Shown in pieces: positions 1-10,720 of a stretch of DNA of 64,000 bases. The DNA is from Heterodontus francisci (Eukaryota). A program made the position numbers and the translations under genes. The stretch is taken from assembly GCF_036365525.1 (NCBI RefSeq), contig NC_090380.1:82221658-82285657 (forward strand). Direction: 5' to 3'. The stretch's first letter is position 1; each line of letters starts with the position of its first letter. Below the pieces are notes generated by a model that worked only from the letters and a program-made list of their open reading frames with translations, ran no database searches and had not been told where the DNA came from.

Positions 1-1
1 T

Positions 2-361
2 ACTCCCGTGTCGGGGAATATGAAACACTGCCCTAACATAATATCTTCCTCTATCCTCGTCACAGGTACCTAACGCTCTGTTAGTTAAGGTCAAACTTCT
101 GTTCCCTCTGGTATACCCAATGTCGTTCCCGCGCACGCCAACCCATCCACTCCCGCATAATACAAACTTAAATCTTCTCGCTATCCTTTGTTGGTTCGAA
201 CTATCTTGATCTGCCACACAAAGTTGTTTCTGGCCACGGGATAGTCTTCCCGCGTCGACACTGCGTCAACGTTCATTCGTTGCGATAGCTCCGATGCGGG
301 TTCACCTCTTATCCCATTTTAAGTCCAGTCTCTCCATATCTTGTTCCCAATTTGTTCTGAT
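2..361 (-). pseudogene. Decayed reading frame downstream of ERV-A integrase (probable start of env or an accessory gene), runs off the window
   Basis: One frame reads IRTNWEQDMERLDLKWDKR*TRIGAIATNER*RSVDAGRLSRGQKQLCVADQ...FVLCGSGWVGVRGNDIGYTRGNRSLTLTNRALGTCDEDRGRYYVRAVFHIPRHGS. Both stops are TGA in Arg contexts, consistent with CGA decay. Confidence 0.4.
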
Positions 362-592
362 TCTAGCCGTCCATTTCTCCTAGCCCACTTACTTTCCCTG
401 TTTTCTTTTTCTTTCATTTTTTCCCTCGATTTCCCTCTGTATGTGGACGTACTACTTCAGGTTGTCTTTCAAACACTTCCGCTTGGATCCGCAGTTGATC
501 CTGCTCTTGATCTCCCTGACCTTCGATCGGAACATCGGTAGCATCAAGCATCACATGCCAACTGTGATTATCTTGTTTTTCTCCTACTAACT

Positions 593-3500
593 TTAACTGA
601 TGTGATACCAGCCACTCTTATCTGGTGCCGACAATACTTTGTATACAGATAGACTAGCTTTATCTACTATCTCATAGGGACCGGTGAACTTTGGACTCAA
701 AAATTAGGTGGGCTCGTACATTCTGATCATTACCCTTTGTCCGGGGCTCAACTCTATCGGGCTGGCTTTCGCATCGAAATAAGCCTTACTTTGCTGTCTC
801 TTCTTTCCCTGTTGGTGAGCTGCCACGTAATTTGCTTCCCTCACTGTTTCTACTAATTGTTGTACCCATTTTTCTCGTATAATACTGTCGACCTCGGGTT
901 CGGACTAGTCCAAACCTACCAACCCCTCCATTCCTCTCATGTCCCTTCCCGTCATGAGTTTATAGGGAATTTAACCTGTTGATGAAGCTACGGTATTCCT
1001 GATTACCATCAACACATAGGGCAGAACAACCTGCCAGGTCACCTTGTGCTGCTGAACCATTTTAGCTATCATGTTTTTCAATTTCCGATTCATCCTTTCC
1101 ACAATATGGGCGGCGCAGTGGTTAGCACTGCAGCCTCACAACTCCAGGGACCAGGGTTCGATTCTGGGTACTGCCTGTACGGAGTTTGCAAGTTCTCCCT
1201 GTGTCTGCGTGAGTTTTCGCCAGGTGCTCCGGTTTCCTCCCACAGCCAAAAGACTTGCAGGTGGTAGGTAAATTGGCCGTTGTTAATTGTCCCTAGTGTA
1301 GGTAGATGGTAGGGAACATGGGATTACTGTACGGTTAATATAAATGGGTGGTTGTTGGGCGGCACAGACTTGGTGGGCCGAAGGGCCTGTTTTAGTGCTG
1401 TATCTCTAAATATAAATGTAAAATAAATATAATTCCACTAGACTGGTCTATAGTGTATGTGGAATTTCTGTTTAACCCCAAAGAGGGTCATGACATTTTG
1501 CATTACTTGGGCTGTAAAATGTGTTCCCTGATCTGATTCTATGCTTCAGGGTAAACCCCACCGAGTGAATACCCTTTCTAACAGAATTTTCGTGGTGACT
1601 TTGGCTGTATTTGTTCTGGTTGGGAAAGCTTCCACCCATTTGGTAAACGTATCTACTATTACTAGAATGTATTTAAACCCTCCTGGAGTGGGGGGTAAGG
1701 GTCCTACATAGTCTATCTGTAAATTAGTCCAAGGCCCTTCTACTGGTCTAGTATGTCGGAGGGCCCCTTTCTTGTCATTCCTATCGGGGTTGTGTTGTGC
1801 ACAGATCAAACAATTCTTGACGTAGTGTTCCACGTCGCCTTTCATTCCAGGCCACCAGCACACCTCCTTTATCCTTTCCAGGGTACTCTCTGTCCCTTTA
1901 TGTCCCCATAAGTCATGGTACCAGTGGATTATTTGGTTTCGTCCTGCCTCTGGCACTACAAATTTTCCTTCACATAAAACCACTCCGTCCTGAATATAGA
2001 CGCCCTTGTACTCTTAGTATGTGTCTGACTCTACTCCTTCTATCAGTTTTTTCAATTCTCCATCTTTCTTCTGCTCCTCTGTTAAATCCATTACCTTAAC
2101 CTGTTTCCCCTTCTGTTCCCCAATGTCCTCAATCGGTGGCTGCCATTCCTGCCCACTAACAGCACCTTGTTTGGCTAGCTCATCCGCTTTACTGTTCCCT
2201 TCTGAGTAAGTTTTGAATGAGCTTTTACCTTCGTGATCCCATATCCTTTCCCCTGTGCTCCTTCAAGGATGTATCTTAATAATGGGGCCGATGGAAGGGG
2301 CTTCCCATCTGCTGAGACAAAACCCCTCGCCTCCCATAAGGGCAAATCTTCTGTGAGGCTATTACAGACATACATGCTATCAGAATATATAACTGATCCG
2401 GGCGGGAAGTATTCTGGGTGGCCAACCACATATGCGACGGCTGCTAATTCTGCCACCTGCGCACTCATTGTTTTAGGCAATTTTAAGGCTGCGCTAAACT
2501 TTTCCTGACCATGTTTGTCTTCTACATATATCCCGCACCCAGTCCTCCTCTCACCATCTTGTACTGATGAGGAACCATCCACAAAAATTTTTAAGTGGGG
2601 TTCTTCTTTTTCCTTTTCATCTTTACTTTCTGTCTCCGTTGCTTTCTCCAATGCACTCCTACCCCCTCCTTTTTGTTTTGATACAAATGGTCCCTTGGGA
2701 TCATTTGCTATCATGACTTGACACTCATGTTTCTCTCCTTGATACACTAGGTTGTCTGCCAACATAGTGGTAGTTTTTACTCCTTTCACGCTTATGTTTC
2801 TTCCCTGCAACAATAGTGTCCACCTAACAATTCGGTTCTGACTTACTGACCCATCTTTGATCCTACCGTCTAATAATAACTGTACAGGGGTATGTTCTGT
2901 CAATATTGTAAGTGGGTTCAGTCCCACTATGTAAGTAAAATACTGTACTACCCAAAAAACTGCGAACAAATGTTTCACACATGTCGTATACCCCTGCTCT
3001 ACCGGTGAAAGCATACGCGAGGCATATGCTACTGGTCTCAATTTGCCGTGTGTCTCCTGTAACAGAACTGCTGAGAAGGTGGTGTCTGTGGTAGCTTCTT
3101 CCAATGAAAACGGCTCAGTTGGATTTGGGGTTTGCAGAGCAGGCGCAGCAGCTAGTGCCTGCTTTAAATCTGAAATGGCCTGTGTGTGTTTGGTTTTCCA
3201 CTCCCACACTACATTCTTTTTCAATAGTTCCATTAATGGAGCTGCTTTTGTTGCGAATCCATCAATGTGGTCTCTGCAATATCCCACCAAACCCAGGAAA
3301 GATCTCAACCCTTTTACATCCCTCGGGACAGGGAGTCTGCCAACCGCTACTACCCTTTGTTGGTCAATTTCTCTTTCCCGGTGTCAAGATCATTCCCAAG
3401 TAAGTAACCTTCTGTTTCATAACTTGTGCCTTTTTAGGGTTTACTTTTAGTCCCAATTCGTGTAACAACTGTAGTAATTCACTTAGTAACTGATAATGTT

Positions 3501-4593
3501 CCTGTTCCGTTTCAGTTTGTAGCAGTAAATCGTCTACATTCTGCACCAGACATTCAGGCTTTGAGAACCTTTTTAACCATTCCCTTAAACGTTGGTGAAA
3601 TATAGACGGGGAATTATGAAATCCCTGTGGCAGGGCGGTCCATATATATTGTCCTTGAAAGGTTAACGCAAATTTATATTGGCATTCCTTCTCCAGTGGA
3701 ATAGACCAAAAACCGTTACTTATATCTAAAACAGTGAACCACTGTGCATCCTCATTTTGTTTAACTACCGTCTCTGGGCTAGTTGCTACGGTAGGGGCCG
3801 TTAACGGGATTACCTTATTTAATTCTCGATAGTCTATCGTTCGTCGCCAGCTACCGTCCGGTTTCCTCACCTGCCAAATAGGTGAATTGTTAGTGGAGGC
3901 TACCGGTCTTAGTATCCCTTGTAGCAGCAAACTCTGTATCACCTTTCCCAACTCCTCTTCTGCCTGTTTTGGAAAACCATACTGCTTCTGTGGTTTGAGG
4001 TCTGGGCCCTGTCTACACACACTCCCGGTCATTTTCCCACAATCATGTTTATGTCGAGCAAATACTACTGAATTCCGTGTGATAATTTGTTGTACTTCAC
4101 GATCGCTACTCATTTCTTTTGGTCTTGTCCACAATTCCCCGAACGTGCATATCCTATCCTGGTATTCCCCCACCGGGACGGATGTGTGATCTATACTACC
4201 CATGCCCAAGGGCATTTGCCAAATTGTGCAATTAACAGGGTCAAAACAGAGTCCTGCTTTAGCCATGTAATCACGCCCTAATATTTGTTCTTGTTCTTCT
4301 CTGGGTAACTCAATGAGAACCACGGAGTGCTCTATTGCTACGTCCCCCACACTAACTTCCAGCAGTACGCTCACATATCCCACTTGTGAATGTCCTGTGA
4401 ATCCACGTAAAACAAGTTTACTTTGAATTTCCCAATCTACTTTACTAACATTAGTGGTGTTTACGGTGGTTCGGGATCCTCCAGTGTCCCAAAGGAACGT
4501 GACAGGGCGGCCTCCAACCCTACCATTCACTAGGGGTCTCCCTGTGTTATCCCACCGCGTGTCACATACCCATAATGGAGAGGCCTACGACCG
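593..4593 (-). pseudogene. pol: ERV-A pol (protease, RT, tether, RNase H, integrase with GPY/F tail), disrupted by stops, frameshifts and a SINE
   Basis: PR FLWDTGG; RT LDISNGFWSIPL, WTALPQGFHNSP, NVDD (decayed YVDD); tether RPVAYASR; RNase H IFVDGSS, AQVAELAA, YSDS, KAH; IN HHCC (HDLWGH..CLIC), QIDYVGPLP, ESDQGTHF, IVERMNR (after the SINE), KFTGPYEI. Confidence 0.92.
1108..1428 (+). mobile_element. tRNA-derived V-SINE (HE1-like) inserted into the ERV-A integrase
   Basis: GGCGCAGTGGTTAGCAC A-box, GGTTCGATTC B-box, V-domain GTGCTCCGGTTTCCTCCCACA, CR1-like tail GGGCCGAAGGGCCTGT and AT-rich end; splits the IN motif SSGI|VERMNR. Confidence 0.88.
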
Positions 4594-6143
4594 TCATTGT
4601 GGTTCAGGATACAACCCCAAAGACGGTGCTATCTCTAGTATATCACATTGAGGATTTGACCTATTCGGTCCTTTCATGGGTAGGCTCTGGCGTTTGTTCT
4701 GACCTCCTCCCCGACCTACATTTTCTCGTCTCAGGTTTGGGCATTCTCTTTTGAAATGTCCCTCCTGGCCACAGTTATAGCAATGGGTTGGCCCGCCCGG
4801 AGTTCTCCCTGTTCCTGGGACGGATCCCCTCCCAATGCCTCTACCCCTTCCTCCTGTCTGAAAGGTTGGGTTAGCGTTCTCAGCCATCGGTTTCTAATCT
4901 CTGGCGTTGGATTGGCTCTATCTAGGTTTGCGCCATATACCCCTTGAAACACAGCCCAGATGCGAGCTGCAAACGCAACAGGGTGTTCACCTTTTCTTTG
5001 ATAGCATTTCGTTAGCACCTCCACTGGGTCCCATCTATTAGCGCCCATGACATTTAATGCTTGTTCTTTTAAAGCCTCATTTGTGCCTCTACTGAGTTTT
5101 TGCTCCTCTGGTAGGGCGGAGCGTATGTGTGGGTGTAGGCACATTATAATTAATTTTCTTTCTTCAGCATCATCTAAGCCGTGTATTCCTCTCTGTTGAC
5201 TGACCGCTTGGAACAGCTCCCTAGGATCATCCCCGGGTGCGCACGTCCCAATATCTTTCGCAATATCCCTCAATTGCTGTACCCCCATTGGAGTGGAATA
5301 TGCCATACGCGGGCCAGCTGCCACCTGGCCATCAGCCCCTATCGCTGCCCTAGTGATCACAAGGGGGGCCGATGACTCCTTTGGCTCTGGCTCATATGCG
5401 GGCGGAGGATCCTCGGGTAGAGGGTCTCCATCATCATAGCCGTATCTAGCCGCTTCGTCTGCGAACTCATTCCAATCTATGCCCCCATCACCATTTTCCT
5501 CACTTCCTTTGGGTGCAAAAGCACAGATTATACCTCTCTGCGTGGCTAGCTGGTCTTGCAGTCTCGCTATGTATTTTTGACACTTTGTGTGATAACCTGT
5601 ATTACTTCTCTTTTCCTGAGCTGCTCTCTGAATCACATTCATGGCAGTTTTTAAATCACTACATTGCTGCTTCCATCCTTCCACCTCAGCTTTAGCTGCT
5701 TGGGCTTCTCCCTAACGCCTACTTTTTTCCGTAACTAGTTTTTCACACTGTAACTGATATTGGTTCATATGCATCAAATCCTCACTTCTCTGTCCCTGCA
5801 AATCAGTTACTTTTTCACTAAGGTGGGCTGCCTCCTCACGGAGTTTTTTAATCTCCTCCTCTAGTCTGTTCTGCTCATTTTTAGCCTGCTGTTGGCATTC
5901 TATCCATTCCTCAAGTAAACAGCCGATAGCTACTGACTTCTGTATCTTTTTAAATTTCCTAGCTGACATCTTTGCTTGTGCAGTCTTCCAAAGGGCTTCC
6001 CCTACAGGTTTTCCCTTGTCGCTAGTGTGACCAGCATATTCTCCGTATTGCGGCCACTTCGCTATTACATATTTTTGGAGGAATCCTTTCCAATCAAAAC
6101 AATCCAAGTCTCCAAAGTTTGGAGATTCCCTTTGTTTCATCAT
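4594..6143 (-). pseudogene. gag: ERV-A gag: N-terminal long coiled coil, PPPAYEP proline-rich segment, capsid-like region, Gly/Arg-rich linker and CCHC zinc knuckle
   Basis: ORFs 5712-6143, 4731-5684 and 4594-4887 join across one in-frame stop and one frameshift; CYNCGQEGHFKRECP knuckle; heptad-rich segment QNRLEEEIKKLREEAAHLSEKVTDLQ. Confidence 0.85.
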
Positions 6144-6251
6144 CTTATGTTAGTAGCTACAAATTAACCCCTAAGTTCCTTTCTGTCTGTACTTTGCCAA
6201 TTCGGTTCGACTCGAGTCTCCCGCTGATTCAACAGAGAGATTTATCCTCGA

Positions 6252-6269
6252 GCCCACCAAGGGACGCCA
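6252..6269 (-). promoter_or_regulatory. Primer binding site, tRNA-Asn(GTT)
   Basis: Minus strand TGGCGTCCCTTGGTGGGC(TCGA) vs the complement of the vertebrate tRNA-Asn 3' end, TGGCGTCCCTGGGTGGGC(TCGA): 1 mismatch. Confidence 0.85.
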
Positions 6270-6273
6270 ATTA

Positions 6274-7047
6274 TGTAAACCGTGGCACGGAGTCAACTCC
6301 CCCTGTCCCCTTTATTCCCTGTACCCAGTTGATCCTGGCCGTCACATGGGACTGAAGTCCTCTTAATTCAGGCTGAGGCTGGGTGTTTGGGATATCGGAT
6401 TTCAAGAGAGCCACCCTCCAGCTTAATCCACAGCTACAGTTAATGGCTTAGTACAAAGAGGAGGAACTCAGTCCTTTCTTTAACTATCAATTTACTTTAT
6501 TCACCTTGTTGTACAATGTAAGAATAAGGCTTATACACTTGGTTAGACAAAAGCATGCAATTCAAACTGAGTTATACAGTTAATAACAAAACCAGCTAGA
6601 ATCCATAAGCACACCCACTAGGTTCCTCTGACCTTTCCCTGACTGAGTCACAGAAAACTTAAGGATAATACCCGAAAAAGGGAGAGTTAACGCTGGCCAG
6701 GCGTTCCGTTCTCTCTCTCTCTTCTACATCGTCGCCGCATCGCTCACGCAGGGTCTTCTGCTTCCACGAAGGTTGATCTCCGGAGTTTTCGCTGGCTCTA
6801 TGCCCAAAAAGCTCTATTCTTATCCTGTTGCTTATCTCTCCAAATCTGAGCTGTGTCTTTTCGGTTGGCTTAAGCTTGCTCACCTTGTTCACATCCTCTT
6901 AATTGGCCCAGGCCCAAAGACCCTGGTATCACACTGTGTCCAAATAAGGCCCTTTTCCTGTGATCGATCCTTTGTCTTGTCTCAAAGTAATTAGTTCAAA
7001 CTGGTTTTTACCAGCACAGGCCAGTGTCTGAGCTCCAGCTTACTACA
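6274..7047 (-). repeat. 5' LTR of ERV-A (~774 bp)
   Basis: Minus strand begins TGTAGTAAG (7047) and ends GTTTACA (6274), 4 nt before the PBS. AATAAA occurs on the minus strand near 6311-6316 and 6496-6501. The partner LTR is outside the window, so the outer boundary is inferred from the TG..CA ends and the switch to Gypsy sequence. Confidence 0.7.
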
Positions 7048-7382
7048 GGTCAAACAATCCCAGCAGTTTGTAACTGATTCTGTATTTCTTGCAGCCCCTG
7101 GCCAACACTAACATGTCTGCAACTGAAGGTGGTAGCTCTCCAAGCCAGGGTGAAATAATTCGGGATAAGTTAAAAGCACTGTCTGTGGAAGAGTTGAGGA
7201 AAATGGCTGAGCAGTGTGGGATCACTGTACGTGATGAGGCTAGGAAGTCTGAACTTGCAAGGCTAGGAGGTCTGAACTCCTAAGGCTAGTGGCTAACCAT
7301 TTTTCCCTTAAATCTGAAGAAGCAGAAATAGGGTTAGAAGCAGACCCAGACAGGGTAGTGCTAGCAAAGATACAATTGGAAC

Positions 7383-7782
7383 TGTAAGGGTGAGGGCTTG
7401 CCCTGGTACCCAAAAAACACCTCGAAAGTCAGATGTCTTATTCAAACGAGCAATCTTTATTACGAATATGCAAGAAGTCCTACTCTCATGAATGATCGTA
7501 GGGATTCCACCAGTTCAATGTTTGAGCAATCAATTTATATAGTTACGGGAGGTTTACTTGACAAGCTGTTTTTTTTAATTACATCATCTTCCCATCTTAC
7601 TCTCTTCCCTGATCTCATCTTTCCTTGATCATCCTTCCTCGATCATAGTATTCACTTTGTCAATCTCTTGATTAGGTTACTCATTAGTTCTCTCTGTCTC
7701 ACAGACAAGTTTTTCTCAAGTTTTAACATCTTTGGTTTACGCCAAGTATCCCATGAACCCCATACGCTAGCGTCCCCTTACA
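7383..7782 (-). repeat. 3' LTR of ERV-B
   Basis: TG...CA termini, diverged and ~43 bp shorter copy of 12622-13064; preceded on the minus strand by a decayed PPT AAAAGTGAGGTC. Confidence 0.9.
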
Positions 7783-8074
7783 GACCTCACTTTTGGCCCT
7801 TGGCCAGCGGCTGGCCCCAGGTAGCCATTATCCTAGAATCCTCTGACTGTCAAATAATCTGTGAATCCTACCGGTTGCAATGAGCTTCGGATCCTTCCCT
7901 GGCATCCCTTTACGACCTCACCTGTGTCCTAGTGACCAGGCTTAGTCTGGGATTGATCCTTTGCATTGTGCTACATAAATTACAGCAATTTTAGTCAAGT
8001 ATGCAGTACTCCCAGGGTAGGCCACTTCAGTTCCCCCTTTTAGCCCTTGGCTACTAATGGCTAACTAATGCTAA

Positions 8075-8848
8075 CGTTAAGACCAGTTGAGAAAGGTGTC
8101 TAGGGGTCTGTTGCAGTCTTCACTTGATCTTATTGTAACAGGGTTTTATTTTTAAACACACTGTGTTTTGAGCTTCCAGTTTGTGAATCCTTCTTCACAG
8201 CTTTCCAATTATAAGGCAAAGAAATGAGCATAAACAGGCTTTCTCAGGTTTAAGGAAGGAACGCGAAATTTATTAAGACTTAAACTCTAATATGGTTAAC
8301 GCCTAGGGATATACGATGTGCCCATGCTAGCATTCACACACGATACACGTGAAAATAGGGTCAGAAAAGAGCAGAAGAAAAATAAAGTTAAAAAGTTTGA
8401 GGCAATCTCTGAACAGAGTTTTTTTTACTGTGCTTCAAGCTCGCTGTAATCCTTGATTGCAGGTAGTCTTGCTTTTCGTTGGGGCCCAGTATTCTTCTTA
8501 AATCTTGTTTACTGTAAGAGACTTTTCTCTCTTAGTCTTCAATGGTTTCCGATGCTGGTGTGAACGAAATGAGAGCAGACAGGAGAGAGGTCTTATCAGT
8601 CCAGGAGAAAGGTGCTTTCTGAGTTCACATTTCTTGATGGAAGTTCAAATTCAAAAAACTCCAACAGGCAGTCAGTCAAACTGGTCTGCCCACTTTTTCT
8701 GTGTATTGGGGAAGCAACTGTTCCAGCACTGTTGGTTACTGTGTAAATATCTTTCCAATCAATGGCTTACAATTTTTAAAAAGTTTTAATGTTCATGCAG
8801 CAAAATCATGTGGGCCTCAGTCTTGGCGGGTGGGGGTTTTGCCTGACA
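8075..8848 (-). mobile_element. Solo LTR of the Gmr1-like family inserted inside ERV-B
   Basis: Reverse complement aligns by eye with both ends of 15225-16049; flanked by CTAA/TTAA, a 4-bp TSD with 1 mismatch. Confidence 0.75.
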
Positions 8849-8929
8849 TTAAGTTCTCCTTACTCCATCACTGTTGGCCTGACAGGCAGTTAGATTTGCA
8901 CGGTTACATTTTCTAAATTATGTCAAACA

Positions 8930-9690
8930 TCTCAATTAGGTACCAGGGTATAACATAAATCCGATAACAATTAGTAACTGCTCCGCCACCCGTATATGGG
9001 AAGCAATTCTAAACCGGGGTGAACATCCACCCTAATACCCCAGTCCCAAACCATCTCCCACCACGATGCGTCCTCCAGTTCGGCTACCATATCCTCTCCC
9101 AGTTGTTTGACCTATTGTTGGATTCGGTGATATTGCTTCATTGCTGTCCGGGTCTCTTCCCTCACCTTCCGCAGACGTTCCAGCAGTTTAGGGATTCAGT
9201 TTCCCTCGGGAAGCAGGTATGTCAACAAGACCTCCGTTAGATTGTCGGTTATGTTCATCCACTCCCTAGGGGGAGGCTGGATGTGAGTTATCGCCGAATG
9301 TCCGATTGTTGTTGGGGTCCGGGGGTGGAAGCAGAAACTTGAGTTGATCACTGGGCAGTGGATGTCACTGTACTGGTATCAAGGTTTGCTGGTGGTCACG
9401 CAGTATTCCCATTCTCCACGGTATGCCACCTGCGTCGGTTTATGGCGGGTACTGGAAATTTCAAGGGTACAGTTTAGGGTAATATTAAAACCATGCACGG
9501 TTCTCATCCCTATCCCTATGGGATGTGGACAGACAGCATTATTCCCTACACTCAGCCAGCGAGATCCCGCAAGGAGGGAATCTCTCTGGGTTGCGTATTT
9601 GGGTACGAGGTAGTACTTTGGCCAATTGTTATCTCCCATGATCCCTGTATTTTCTACCCCAAGAAGGGTTTGGATGCCGCTGGTTCTTTA
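8930..9690 (-). pseudogene. env: ERV-B env remnant, class I fusion glycoprotein resembling paramyxovirus/pneumovirus F1
   Basis: GIQTLLGVENTGIMGDNNWPKYYLVPKYATQRDSLLAGSRWLSVGNNAVCPHP..GFNITLNCTLEI..QVAYRGEWEYCVTTSKP*YQYSDIHCPVINSSFCFHP, then heptad repeat LLERLRKVREETRTAMKQYHRIQQ*VKQLGEDM, Trp-rich SWWEMVWDWG and a hydrophobic TM-like segment; several N-x-S/T sequons. Confidence 0.72.
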
Positions 9691-10444
9691 GTGTTTTACT
9701 AGCATGTTGGTTAATTTCAAATCTAATATAAAATTCCATTTAAACATTGCTTTGCTCAATATGATTTAGTAGTCAGCAAACTCATTATAGCTAACAGCTG
9801 TAATTCATTAATAAATACTGACTGGCTCTACACAATTATTCTAGCAATTCAATTTTTTTTAAATTGAGTTACAATTGAATTAGTGAATTCAGCTGTGCAG
9901 TTCAGCCATGAAACTAGCCAATGTTCTCATGTACACTTAATGGAATCCAACAACACCTCTCGTTCAGGATACGAATAAGAACAGATTACCCAAAATGGGC
10001 CAATTCACGTTGGTTAGACAATTTAATAACAAATAATGTGAATAGAACTTAATCCAACATGTACCTGCATACAGATAGAATAGGGGTTATAAAGTTAGAA
10101 CTACAGTGGGTGATACTGACGCTAGATTTATGCATGACTGCTTTAAGTATAAAGGGAACCTTCATTACCACGCTTTGCAACTTCAGGCACTGTTGTTCCC
10201 CATTCCCAACTGCCCTGAGCTGCTCCTTAGGCATACTAGTTTGTTAACCGTGACATTTAACTCCATGTGCCCGATCGCAATTGGCATTGCTCAAGTTCTT
10301 ATAGAACCTGCATTGTTAGGTCCCCCAGTCAACTGACTTGGTTCTTTCCAGGCTTGTGGTTGCCAGACATTTCAGCAGTACTGCGGTTTTCATGGTCCTG
10401 GAAAGAGAACGTCGCGGATGCCAGTCGTCACCAGTTAGTCATTA

Positions 10445-10720
10445 TTATTTGCGTTTCCATACTCCTTGATCTGTGTCCAGTGTTTCCACCGGCCTTTCCC
10501 TTCCACATCCACACGTACAAGTGTTGCTGGTCATCGGGACCTCGTAAGGTCCTTGCCAGCGAGATGCTAAGTCTGGTTTTGCAAGTAGGACCCTAACAAT
10601 CACTTGATCCCCTACCCCTGGCAGCTTTTCCATGTCTGATAAAATAACTTCCAAGTTCTGATGTTCCCTACTTAACTACATTGGAATTGCGTCGTCTTTA
10701 ACTTGCTGCAGAAGTTTAAA
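10445..10720 (-). pseudogene. pol: ERV-B integrase C-terminal remnant (GPY/F module)
   Basis: PGVGDQVIVRVLLAKPDLASRWQGPYEVPMTSNTC; the rest of pol is deleted. Confidence 0.75.

Larger units (their letters stand above)
1..7047 (-). mobile_element. ERV-A: endogenous retrovirus (lokiretrovirus/spuma-adjacent), 3' end outside window, inactivated by stops and frameshifts
   Basis: On the minus strand the order is LTR (TGTA...TACA), tRNA-Asn PBS, gag, PR, RT, tether, RNase H, IN. Two RNase H-type domains (degenerate plus intact) is the retroviral rather than the Ty3/Gypsy layout. Confidence 0.9.

Noticed and set aside
2-110. GNRSLTLTN..DEDRGRYYV resembles the Ig E-F strand motif (captured Ig domain in ERV-A?)
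   Set aside because: The F-strand Cys is absent, there is no convincing B-strand Cys/Trp spacing, and the sequence is truncated by the window edge.
1108-1170. tRNA-like A/B boxes (also 29568-29635, and tRNA-matching 18-mers at 6252 and 12602)
   Set aside because: These are SINE heads and retroviral primer binding sites, not complete cloverleaf tRNA genes.
1-7047. Calling ERV-A a foamy virus
   Set aside because: RT motifs are spuma-like, but the CCHC knuckle, in-frame gag-pol junction and short LTR are not foamy features; phylogeny is needed.
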